Source of the DNA: Candidatus Marinacidobacterales bacterium
Lineage (GTDB): Bacteria; Acidobacteriota; Vicinamibacteria; Marinacidobacterales; SMYC01
Assembly (NCBI GenBank): GCA_965237955.1
Contig: OZ250169.1
Coordinates: 4,704,001 to 4,768,000 of the forward strand
DNA: 64,000 nucleotides
Direction: 5' to 3'
Made by a program: the position numbers and the translations under genes. Of the stretch, positions 46,231-55,937 are shown one piece after another; position 1 is the stretch's first letter, and the number at the start of each line of letters is the position of its first letter. The notes beneath the pieces were generated by a model. That model was given only the letters and a program-made list of their open reading frames with translations, was not told the origin of the DNA and did no database searches.

Positions 46231-48442
46231 ATGACGGATAAAGATACAGACGTTCGCATCGGCAAATCCACCATCATCCGCCGTCTCGGGCGAGGGGGGA
46301 TGGGGGCCGTTTACGAGGGGCACGATCCGGCGCTCGATCGCAGCGTGGCGATCAAGACATTGACGGCCGATGTCATCGCCGACAAGGACTCGCGTAGTCG
46401 CTTCGAGCGCGAAGCCAAAGCAGCGGCGAAGCTGCAACACCCCAACATCGTCACGATCTACGAGCTCGGGAACTTCGGCGGCAACGAAAAGCCGTATATC
46501 GTGATGGAGTATCTTGAGAGTACGGACGTCTCGACGTTCATCGGCAAGAAGGGTATGCCGATTGCCGAGGCCCTCGATATCACGGTTCAGCTGTGTCGTG
46601 CTCTCGATTTCGCTCACCAAAATGGTGTCGTGCACCGTGACGTGAAGCCGGCCAACCTGCGCTATCTCGACAACGGTCAAGTCAAGATCATGGATTTCGG
46701 CATCGCTCGCATGGAGGGCGGCCACCAGATCACCAAGAGCGGGGTGATGATCGGGACCCTGCACTACATGTCACCCGAACAGATTCGAGGTCAGAAGCTC
46801 GACGGCCGCACCGATATCTTCTCCGCCGGTTGCATCCTCTATGAGCTTCTCACCGGTGAGCGACCCTTCCCCGGTGAATCCGCTACGTCGATTCTCTACA
46901 ACATCGTGAACGAGACGCCGACGCCGATCGTCGAGAAGAATACGGACCTTCCTCAGGAAATCCAGGACGTTGTCGATCGTGCGATGGCCAAGAATCCCGA
47001 TGATCGGTTCAAGGCCGCCGGAGAAATGGCTCGCGAGATCGAGAAGATCGTCAACGTTTTTCGCAAGACGCTACCTCGCACCACGCAGGTGTTGCAGCAG
47101 AGTCTGGACGAGCTCTCCGCTCTGAGCCGCGCGAAAAAGTGGCAGGAGCTCGTGCCCAAAGCGCGGGAGCTCCTCGAGCGCCATCCGCAGCTCGACGAAG
47201 CGCGGCGCCATCTCCGACGGGCCCTACGTGAGCTGCGCCACCAAGAGACCGAGCATCAGCTGACGGCAGAGGACCGGACCCGTCACCTCGAAGAGATCCA
47301 GCACGAGCTCACCGACCTCTACGGCTCCCGCTCAGCCACGATGCGCGGTGTGTCCGACGAAACCGAGCTCGCCACCGCGACGCCGACGAGGAGCTCGCTC
47401 GAACCGCTCCCGGCCGGTGAAGCCAAGGAAGGAAGCGGAGAGCCCGAGTCGACAGCAGCAGTGCGCGCTCTCGCCGCACCGATCTGGGCGCTGGTTATCG
47501 TGGTTTTGCTGGGTCTCGCCGGAGTGTTGTACTGGCTGTTCCTGCGCGAGCCACCCGGACCACAACCGGTGTCGCACACGATCCAAGTTCGCTCAGAGCC
47601 GCCGGGTGCCGCGGTCTACCTGAACGGAGCCGCCACCGGACTCGTGACCACTAGGACGACGACGGCGTTGAGCTGCTCCTTTCGGGCATGACCGAGGAGT
47701 CGCACGCGATCGAAGTCCGGCTCGAAGGTTTCGAGTCGGCCTCGAACGACGTCACGTTGATGATCGACCCGCCGGCGCCGCTCGAGTTCGTGTTGACATC
47801 GACGATGCGGCTTTTCGAGCTAGGAACCGCACCCCAAGGAGCGACTGTTACGCTCGACGGGGAAACCATCGACGGCGTCACGCCGATGACCCTGGAGCTT
47901 TCGGACGATGACCACGAGATTCGGCTTTCACGAACGGACTATCGCTCGGCCACGGTCGAGATCGCCCGAGGCCAGCCGCGTCCCTCGGGGCCGGTCCAGC
48001 TCACACCGCTGGGGCGGCCAGGGACGTTTCAAGTGCAAGCGAGCTATCCCGTCGCGATCCTCCCGTCGCGATCCTCCGAGGGGAACGAGAGATGGCCGCC
48101 GCGTCGACGAGCCCGAGCGTGCAGCTTCGGCCGGGGAGTTATCAGCTTCGGCTGTTGGCGCCCGACAAGTTCTTGAACCGCTCGGTCCAAGTGACGATCC
48201 GTGAGGCCAACGTGACCACGCACCAGGCGCCACCGCTCGGGCGCGTCAACGTCCGCGCCAACCCCGGCAACTGTACCCTGACTATCGACGGCATGCCGGC
48301 CGGTGCGCCGCCGTTCATGAACCGTGAGGTGGTGACGGGGGAACACGAGTTCGTGTTCACCTGGCTGGGCGACGTTACCGATGTTCACACCGTCACGGTG
48401 GGCGCGGCGCAGCCGGCTTATGTGATCGGGCAAAGACCATGA
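46231..48442 (+). pseudogene. Hanks-type Ser/Thr kinase, TM, extracellular PEGA domains; two frameshifts (~47652, 48047-48074)
   Basis: GRGGMG, VAIK, HRDVKPAN, DFG, YMSPE; TM; PEGA SEPPGA.VYLNG, TAPQGA.V.LDG; ORF pieces 46231/47688/48092 are collinear. Confidence 0.88.
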
Positions 48443-48444
48443 TG

Positions 48445-48473
48445 CGCCATCAGCCATCGGCCATCAGCCATCG
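48445..48473. repeat. (GCCATCR)n heptamer arm
   Basis: GCCATCA GCCATCG GCCATCA GCCATCG right after the kinase stop. Confidence 0.85.
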
Positions 48474-48505
48474 GTTGGGCGGCGTGCCTTTGAGGAGGAC
48501 TTGTT

Positions 48506-50016
48506 GTGAGTGATCGGTTGAGACTTCGGGTGGTTTTGCTTGGCTTCTTCTTGTGATTGCGGCAACTGCTTTTGCTCAGGGGCCGCCGACGGATTTGGCG
48601 CGTCAGCATCTCGAGAGCGGCACTCAGTTTTATGAGCAGGGTCGTTACAAGCAGGCGTTGAACGACTTCCAGATTATCGTGACCTCGATGGCCGATACCG
48701 AATACGCGGACGACGCCCTGCTCCTCATCGGACGCTACTACCTCGATATCGAAGAGGATTTCGACGAGGCCAAGGAGAGCTTTGACGCGGCGCTGCGCGG
48801 CTACCCGACGGGCAATGCGGCGCCGGGCGCGTACTACTACCTGGGCGAGGTGGTGTTTCGCTCGGACCGGACCGGTGGCGCGATCGACGATGCGCTCGCG
48901 AACTATCAGCGTGTGTTTCTCTATGCGGGCAATCCTTGGATTCCGGCCGCGCTGTACTCGACCGGCCGTGCGCTCGAGCGCCAGGGCAGGTTTCAGGACG
49001 CCGTGGACGCCTACTTTCAAGTCATCGTGGACCACTCCCGATCGGATTGGTCGGCCGGTGCACAGCTCGGGGTCGGGCGAAGCTCGGTGAGGCAAGGCGA
49101 GCCGCTGGGGGCCATGGCTCAGTTCCAGGAAGTGAGAAACAACTATCCGGATACGGCTGAGGCCGACGTGGCGCTCGACTGGCTGACGCTCTTGTACCGC
49201 TTCTACGGCGCACCGATGCTGGGAAAGTCGGTCTCCTTCCGGAAGGACTCGAGCTTCAAGCCAGCGCTCCGGGACAAATTCAAAGACGTGAGAGCACTGC
49301 GGGTGTCCGACAGCGGAATCCACGTCCTCGAGCGAGGGCGCAAGCGCGTGATCACCTTCGACCGAGCCGGCCAGCTGGCGGGAACGATCGCCGCCGCCAA
49401 CCCGTACGGGTTATCCGTCGACCCGCGTGGCCAGCTCGTCATCGCCAGCGAGAAGGGTCTCATCCTCGATGGAGCACCCAGGAGCTACACCGTGCCGGCG
49501 AAGGACGGACCCGAGCCCCTCGAGAAGATCCGCTGGGCGGCTCGCGATCGATTGGGCGAAGTCTACGTCTATGACGAGAAGCAGAAAAAGATCTTGAGGT
49601 TCGATGAAACCGGGCAACTGCTCGGCCCGTTCCCGGACGCAACACCGCGCGAGGTGTTGGCCATCGAAGTCGACCAGCTCGGCAATCTCGTGCTGCTGCT
49701 GAAGAAGGATCGCGACGTGATCGTGTACTCTCCCGGGGGCCGGGCGCTCGCGAGGATCCCGACGAAGCGCGGTGGCCCGGTGACGCTCAAGAAAGCGACC
49801 GACATCGCCCTCGATCCGGCAGGCTATCTTTACATTCTCGACCAAGACCGAGCGCAAATCGCGGTGTTCGACGCCGCTTACCAACACCTCACGACGTTGA
49901 CGGCTCAGAGCCTCGGCTCTGGTGCTCTCCAAAAGCCCGTTACCATGGACGTCGACGCTTCCGGAGCTCTCTATGTTTATGATGACAAGGCGAAAGCGAT
50001 TATCCGGCTTCATTGA
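48506..50016 (+). CDS. Exported BamD/YfiO-like TPR + NHL beta-propeller protein; signal peptide frameshifted at T-run 48534-48537
   Basis: GAGGAGG RBS then GTG 48506 (MSDRLRLRVV) joins FAWLLLVIAATAFA only if one base is added; TPRs (YADDALL, AYYYLGE), NHL (DIALDPAGYLYILD). Confidence 0.8.
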
Positions 50017-52258
50017 GCCCGTTCAGGTTGTCCATGTTGTTCTCGGCTGCCTGCTAGCAGCGACTGCATTCGCGCCCGGACAAGCTCAAGCTCGAGCTCA
50101 GCAGGCGCCGGGCTTTGGGCAGGCCGAGCAGCTTGAACCAGCGAGGGGCGCGCTGACGCTCGAGGAGCAGGAGCTCCTGTTCCGGCTCTCGCAGCAGTTC
50201 CAGGAAGCGCTCGAGCTCTTCGAGGATCCGCAGCGGCAGTCACAGTCCATCTACTTTTTCACCCAGATCGTCGATGCGGTGAACGATGAGCGGCGTACCC
50301 AGGAGGAAGTGGCCTCGGAGATCATCGCTCTCCAGCAGCGTTCGCTCGAGCATCGAGCGCGGTCTTTTTTTACGGCAGGACAGCTCCAGGGTGCCACCGA
50401 CGATTTCCGCCAGCTCCTGCTCGACAACCCTCGCTACGGACTCGATACCGAGGCGCTGTCGCCACGGCTCGTCGACTTCTTCGAAGATCTGAAAAAGCAG
50501 CTCATCGGCTATGTCGCCGTAACCACCGAGCCCGCAGGCGCGCGGGTGATGGTGAACGGTAACTTCATCGGGATCACCAACTTCTTTCCGATCGAGGTGC
50601 ACACCGGGATCGCACGGATCGAGGTCACGCTCGAAGGACACGAAACATACGCCGATGACGAAATGAGGATTGGTCCGGGAGAGATCACGACGCTGGATCT
50701 CGCGTTGACGCGCACCAGCGCCCGACTCCCGATCATCACCGATCCGTCCGGTGTCGAGATCGTCGTCGACGGGGAAGTCGTCGGCGCGACATCCGGAACG
50801 TTACCTCCGGATCTTCGAAGCTTCATGCCCGCGAACATGGATCCGAACCGGCTTTCGGCTCCGTACGAGCTCGGGGCGCTTCCCCTGGGACAGCATCAGA
50901 TCGAGCTGCGCTTGGATTGTTACCGGTCAGTCTCGTTTCCGTTCAACGCGGACGAGCCACGGGATTACACGGCGCAAATCGTCAAGCTCGAGGACTCGAT
51001 CGGAAGCTTGACCATCACCTCCAATCCGTCGGAGGCGAGCGTGTACATCGACGGAGAGCTCCGGGGCACGACACCACTCGATCTGAAGCGGGTGTGCTCG
51101 GGTCCGCACCATCTCGAGGTGAAACACGTCACCGGGAAGTACGTCGAAGACATCGACGTCGGTCCGGACGAATCCCTCTCGTTCGAGTGTCCGATTCGAC
51201 CTACGCTCGCCATCGTCGGCATCGTCGCCGATGAAGAGGTTTCTGCGCGCGATGTGGCCGATATCCGGCAAAAGCTCCGGGAGGAGCTCAAAAACCTCGA
51301 GCGAATGAACCTCGTGTTCGCCGAAGACGAGCTGGTAAGGACCCAAATGGGAGCGGCGGGGTTGACTGCTTTCGTCCCGGCGCGATCGGACGCTGATGTC
51401 AGCACCGATCAGGTCCGCGAGCTCTCGGAAAAACTCGGAAAAGCACTCGAAGCCGAAGCGCTTCTCGTCGCCTACGTCCCGTCACAGCGGTTGGTCAAAG
51501 ATATCGTGCTGCACTTTATCGCCGTGGGCTCGACCGTTCCCGACGTATACCCGCTCAACTACCTCGACCCGCAAGCGTTCCCAGCGTTTCTGGACGAGCT
51601 GTCGACGCCGACGCCGCTTCACGGAAGCTGGGCCGGATTTCTCGCCGTCGACACCCGTATCAACGACGGGCCCATCGTCCTCGCGGTCGGTGCCGGCGGA
51701 CCGGCCGAGGCGTCAGGTCTACAACCAGGTGACGTCGTCGTCGCCGCAGACGGGAATCCCGTGACCCGAGCGCTCGATCTCCTGGAGGCGGTCCGCGCGG
51801 CCGAGCCAGGCGCGAGCGTGGCCCTCAACATTACCCGAGGCGGCTCGAGCTCCTCGCTCTCGCTCAATGTCGGCACCACACCGCTCGAAGTCCCGTTAGG
51901 CGATCCGAGCTTTCTTTACAACAAAGCGATCGTCGACTTACGCCATCGGATGGTGACCGAGCCCGAGAACGAGAACCTTGCTCGTTTGAACGTGGGTTTG
52001 TGTCACATGGAGCTGGGTGACTACGAGACCGCTCTCAAGGAGTATTTGCCTCGGGTGGTGCTGCCGGAGACGACCGGGATCTCTCAAGGGACGGTTTTGT
52101 ACTACACGGCGCTCGCCTATTTGAAACTCGGCGAGAGGGCCGACGCGGCACGCCTGTTCCAACGAGCACTCGGCTTTCCGGACGCGACCCTCCACTCGAA
52201 CGACGGCCCGAGAGTCGCACCACTGGCCCAACGCCGCCTCCGCGAGCTCGGCCAGTAG
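49982..52258 (+). CDS. Exported protein with 3 PEGA domains, PDZ and TPRs
   Basis: Signal-like N-terminus; TEPAGARV.VNG, TDPSGVEI.VDG, SNPSEASVYIDG..GTTP; PDZ GPAEASGLQPGDVV..DG; C-terminal TPR; start uncertain. Confidence 0.85.
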   Translation: MTRRKRLSGFIEPVQVVHVVLGCLLAATAFAPGQAQARAQQAPGFGQAEQLEPARGALTLEEQELLFRLSQQFQEALELFEDPQRQSQSIYFFTQIVDAVNDERRTQEEVASEIIALQQRSLEHRARSFFTAGQLQGATDDFRQLLLDNPRYGLDTEALSPRLVDFFEDLKKQLIGYVAVTTEPAGARVMVNGNFIGITNFFPIEVHTGIARIEVTLEGHETYADDEMRIGPGEITTLDLALTRTSARLPIITDPSGVEIVVDGEVVGATSGTLPPDLRSFMPANMDPNRLSAPYELGALPLGQHQIELRLDCYRSVSFPFNADEPRDYTAQIVKLEDSIGSLTITSNPSEASVYIDGELRGTTPLDLKRVCSGPHHLEVKHVTGKYVEDIDVGPDESLSFECPIRPTLAIVGIVADEEVSARDVADIRQKLREELKNLERMNLVFAEDELVRTQMGAAGLTAFVPARSDADVSTDQVRELSEKLGKALEAEALLVAYVPSQRLVKDIVLHFIAVGSTVPDVYPLNYLDPQAFPAFLDELSTPTPLHGSWAGFLAVDTRINDGPIVLAVGAGGPAEASGLQPGDVVVAADGNPVTRALDLLEAVRAAEPGASVALNITRGGSSSSLSLNVGTTPLEVPLGDPSFLYNKAIVDLRHRMVTEPENENLARLNVGLCHMELGDYETALKEYLPRVVLPETTGISQGTVLYYTALAYLKLGERADAARLFQRALGFPDATLHSNDGPRVAPLAQRRLRELGQ

Positions 52259-52375
52259 CGCTCGCGGCGAGAACGATCCATACTTGCCGCAGCAGTGCGT
52301 GACGAACCGCCGCTTTTCACGCGCCGGCGGGCGGATCGCAAGGACGTGCTATCTGTTGGGGGGGACGAGGTTTCT

Positions 52376-53863
52376 GTGAACAAGCTCATCATTCGACACG
52401 GCGAGCGCGTGACCGAGCATCCGATCGATGACCATCCGCTCGTCGTCGGCCGCGACCCGCAGTGCGATCTTTTTTTCGCCGACAAGAAGCTCTCGCGGCG
52501 CCACGCGCGCTTCGAGCGAGACGGTGACGGCATCCGGCTCGTGGACTTGGGAAGTCGCAATGGCTGCTGGGTCAACGAAGAGAGGGTCGAGAAGAAACTT
52601 CTGACACCGTCCGACGCCGTTCGTCTCGGCAGCCTATCGGTCACTCTGGAAGCAGAGCCGGAACCGGCCGAGCGCGACGACCAGGAGTCGACGGTATACC
52701 TTTCGGCGGAGCCCCCGTCGGACGATAGCGGGACCATGGTGTTGTCCAGCAATGATTTGCCGGATGCCGAGCCACCGCGGGACGCGGGCACGGTCATCCT
52801 CCCCCCGCCCGACACGCCCGACGCGAACGCCCCGGCGCAGGACTCGACGACGCGCAGGGTAGAAGTGGGCCACGAAGACCCGACGTTGAGAAAGCCCGAC
52901 ACCGTCGCTCGAGAAGCCCGAGAAGGAAGCTCCGAGCAAACGATCATGCTTCAAGGGAACGCACCTCGAGCCGCAACCGATACCGGGACCGTCATCTTTC
53001 GAGGCAAGACCGCTCCCGCCATGGACGATGCGACTCGACTCGCGCCCGCCGGCGGTGCCGCCGAAACGAAGATGCAGGCCCCCGGCGCGCCTCGGTTGCC
53101 CGAAGCGTCGCCCGATACATCGGTGCAGCCGGGCGAGCAATCCTGGGACTTCGAGCCCCCCGTCCGGGCGGCACGTCCACTTCAGGCGAGCACTCTCCGG
53201 TTCGTGGGCTTGGTCGCGGCGATCGCGGCGCTTGCGTTCGTCGTTCTGGCCATGCCGTTGCTGCGCACGCTCGGGAGCGCCCTTGCGGCGGAGTCTTCGC
53301 TTCGAGGCCGGGCCCTCGTCGATCTGCTGGCGGCAACCAACGAAGAGGCGTTGCGTGAGAATCGTCCGGAGACGCTCTCCACCGAACGCGTCGCCGGTGA
53401 GCCAGGCGTGGTCGGGGCGTACATTCTCGATCCGATGGGGCGGGTCCTCGCCCCCGCGGCGATGCCCGGTGAGTCGTCGGGACCACTCCTTTCGAATCTC
53501 GGCTTCGACGTCGAAGCGAAGGACATCCGCGCGTTCCGCGAAAGCCGAGCCGGGGACGACACCACCGTGTACGCGTTACCGGTTCGCGCCCAGGGGCGAC
53601 GGCTCGGAGTTGCCGTGTTGCACTACCGCGTCGGCGCCGCGGTTTCCAGGTGGACCGTGGTGATGCTCGTGCTCGGATCGCTTCTCCTTCTGATGGGGGT
53701 GGCTGCGGCGGTGTTGGTGGCGAGGCGATGGACGCTCCTGCCGGTCCAGGAGCTCAAAGACGATGTCGAAGCTCTCCGGCGCGGGTTCGTCGAAAGCCTC
53801 GCCGAGGACCGGCCGTACTCGGATCTTGCTACCATCGCACGCAACTTCAACGAGCTCGTGTAA
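52376..53863 (+). CDS. FHA - Thr-motif array - TM - periplasmic domain - TM - HAMP membrane protein
   Basis: FHA VGRD..CD...LSRRHA..DLGSRNG; two TMs; HAMP P..EL...DL..IA.NFN; frame continues past TAA to 53962. Confidence 0.82.
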   Translation: MNKLIIRHGERVTEHPIDDHPLVVGRDPQCDLFFADKKLSRRHARFERDGDGIRLVDLGSRNGCWVNEERVEKKLLTPSDAVRLGSLSVTLEAEPEPAERDDQESTVYLSAEPPSDDSGTMVLSSNDLPDAEPPRDAGTVILPPPDTPDANAPAQDSTTRRVEVGHEDPTLRKPDTVAREAREGSSEQTIMLQGNAPRAATDTGTVIFRGKTAPAMDDATRLAPAGGAAETKMQAPGAPRLPEASPDTSVQPGEQSWDFEPPVRAARPLQASTLRFVGLVAAIAALAFVVLAMPLLRTLGSALAAESSLRGRALVDLLAATNEEALRENRPETLSTERVAGEPGVVGAYILDPMGRVLAPAAMPGESSGPLLSNLGFDVEAKDIRAFRESRAGDDTTVYALPVRAQGRRLGVAVLHYRVGAAVSRWTVVMLVLGSLLLLMGVAAAVLVARRWTLLPVQELKDDVEALRRGFVESLAEDRPYSDLATIARNFNELV

Positions 53864-54164
53864 CAGCGCGACCCTGACACCTCAGGAAGTGGCTCGGCCA
53901 CGTTCGAGCCAATGCTCGATCCCACGCTGGTGCCGGAAGAACACGAGCAAGCCGATCGCTAACCTCGGAGCTCGGGACGTACACGGCGGCGAGGATTTGG
54001 GGCGTGTCCCTGCAGAGAATTGGACCGAGGCGCGAAGCGCCGAGCACCACGAGCTGATGGCTGATGGCTCGCGGCGGTCAATGGGTTGCGGCTCCGCCGC
54101 GCCGTGATCCTGTGGTAGTCTTGTCTTCGGTGTTTTTCTATTCCCCGCGAGTGCTATTCCAGCC

Positions 54165-54506
54165 ATGAAGATACGAACCCATCCTGAATACCCCTGTTTG
54201 CTGGTTCCCAACAAGAACGGGAAACAAAAACGGTTTCCCATCAAGCTGCGTGAGGCGAGCGTCGGGCGTGATCCGTCGAACGACATCTGTATACCCGACC
54301 ATTTGGTGAGCAAGTTTCACGCGAAGCTTCTCGTCTCCAATCAGAGCGTCACCGTCGTGGATCTCGAGAGCGCGAACAAGACCCGGGTCAACGGTCAAAT
54401 CGTCACCCACTCGGCCGTGGGCTTCGGAGACGAGCTGCAGTTCGCGCGGGTCAAGTGCCAGCTCGTGCTCCACGCCAGCGAGTACCGCCCGAGTAAGATC
54501 GGATGA
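54165..54506 (+). CDS. Stand-alone FHA domain protein
   Basis: VGRDPSNDI.I.D..VSKFHA..DLESAN.T.VNG. Confidence 0.88.
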   Translation: MKIRTHPEYPCLLVPNKNGKQKRFPIKLREASVGRDPSNDICIPDHLVSKFHAKLLVSNQSVTVVDLESANKTRVNGQIVTHSAVGFGDELQFARVKCQLVLHASEYRPSKIG

Positions 54507-54955
54507 GCCTTTCTGAACGTCTCCAAAAAGATCTCGTCGAAGCGATGAAAGCCCGTGAGACCACGCGGGTGAGCGTGCTGCGCCTCATCAAGTCCGCGAT
54601 CCAGAACAAAGAGATCGAGCTCGGCGAGGCACTCTCCACCGAGCAGGAGATCCAGCTGCTCCAGGCGACGGTCAAACAAAGAAACGAGTCCATTGCTACG
54701 TTCGAGAAAGCGGATCGCCAGGACCTCGCTGCCAAGGAAAAAGAAGAGCTGACCTTCGTGCGGGCCTACTTGCCCGAGGAGGTTTCCCTTGACGAGGTGG
54801 ACCAAGTGGTCGCTGCGGTCGTCGACGAGCTACAAGCCAGCGCCCCCAAGGACATGGGAAACGTCATGAAGGAGACCATGGCTCGCCTCAAGAAGACCGG
54901 AAAGACGGTGGACGGCAAAGTCGTCAACCAGATCGTTCGCTCGAAGCTATCTTGA
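54503..54955 (+). CDS. yqeY: GatB/YqeY domain protein
   Basis: L..AMKA....LRLIKSAI, KQR.ESI..F..A.R.DL, YLP, KDMG.VMK. Confidence 0.93.
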   Translation: MSLSERLQKDLVEAMKARETTRVSVLRLIKSAIQNKEIELGEALSTEQEIQLLQATVKQRNESIATFEKADRQDLAAKEKEELTFVRAYLPEEVSLDEVDQVVAAVVDELQASAPKDMGNVMKETMARLKKTGKTVDGKVVNQIVRSKLS

Positions 54956-54975
54956 GCTCACCTCGAAAGAAAAAC

Positions 54976-55020
54976 TCACCGCAGAGGCGAATCTCTGCGT
55001 CCTCTGCGTCTCTGCGGTGA
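54976..55020. repeat. (CTCTGCG)n hairpin repeat
   Basis: TCACCGCAGAG...CTCTGCGT CCTCTGCGT CTCTGCGGTGA. Confidence 0.75.
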
Positions 55021-55028
55021 TTTAGGCC

Positions 55029-55937
55029 GTGTTGAAGCCACCAGCTGTTCGAGACGGGGCTGTTGTCGGCGTCATTGCTCCTGCAAGTCCGGTACGGCGG
55101 GATTTCGTCCAGCGTGGTGTGGAGGAGCTGTCACGGCTCGGGTTTCGGCCGCAGCTCGGTGCGCATCTGTACGACCGGGGCCGCTACACCGCGGGGAGCT
55201 GGCAAGATCGCCTCGACGATCTCGTCACGTTGTGGGATGATCCGGAGGTCGAAGCGATCTTCTGTGCCCGCGGCGGCTACGGCAGCATGGAGCTACTCTC
55301 ATCGCTAGAGCCTGAGCGGTTTCGTGAGCGACCGAAGGTGTTTGTCGGGGCGAGCGACATCACCGCCGTGCACGGCTTTCTCGGCGCCCGTGCGGGCGTG
55401 GTCGCGTTTCACGGCCCGATGGTCGCCCAAAAGATCGCGCGCGGGAGCTACGACGCCGAGGGTTTGCTTCGCCTGATTCAATCCAAAGAGCCTCTGGGCG
55501 CCTTGGTTGCAACCGGAACGGAAGTGCTGCACTCGGGCTCTGGGGAGGGGACTCTTTTTGGCGGCTGTCTTTCGATCGTCGCCTCTCTCGCGGGTACGCC
55601 TTTTTTCCCTCCGTGCGAAGATGCGATCCTGTTTCTCGAAGACACGCTCGTCAAACCCTACCAGATCGATCGAATGTTGACGCAGCTGCGACTCGCCGGT
55701 TGCCTCGATTCCATTCGCGGTTTCGTCTTCGGCCAAATGGCGAACTGCGAGCAGCAGCCGGAGCAAGGCTACACGCTCCAAGAGATGGTGCGGGATTGGA
55801 CGGCTCCTCTTGGAGTGCCGGTGCTGTATGGCTTTCCATCGGGACACACCGTAACCGACGCGATGACGCTTCCGCTCGGTGTCCGCGCGCGCCTCGATGA
55901 GGATGGACTCCATCTCCTCGAAGGGGCCGTCGCTTGA
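55029..55937 (+). CDS. ldcA: LD-carboxypeptidase (S66)
   Basis: ARGGYG, G.SDIT, HGP, LFLED, GH catalytic motifs. Confidence 0.93.
   Translation: MLKPPAVRDGAVVGVIAPASPVRRDFVQRGVEELSRLGFRPQLGAHLYDRGRYTAGSWQDRLDDLVTLWDDPEVEAIFCARGGYGSMELLSSLEPERFRERPKVFVGASDITAVHGFLGARAGVVAFHGPMVAQKIARGSYDAEGLLRLIQSKEPLGALVATGTEVLHSGSGEGTLFGGCLSIVASLAGTPFFPPCEDAILFLEDTLVKPYQIDRMLTQLRLAGCLDSIRGFVFGQMANCEQQPEQGYTLQEMVRDWTAPLGVPVLYGFPSGHTVTDAMTLPLGVRARLDEDGLHLLEGAVA

Noticed and set aside
45130-48080. Programmed ribosomal frameshifting
   Set aside because: No X_XXY_YYZ slippery heptamer at the shifts; two are explained by tandem duplications
44771-54506. Type VI secretion locus
   Set aside because: Kinase/PP2C/FHA present but no tss, hcp, vgrG or clpV genes
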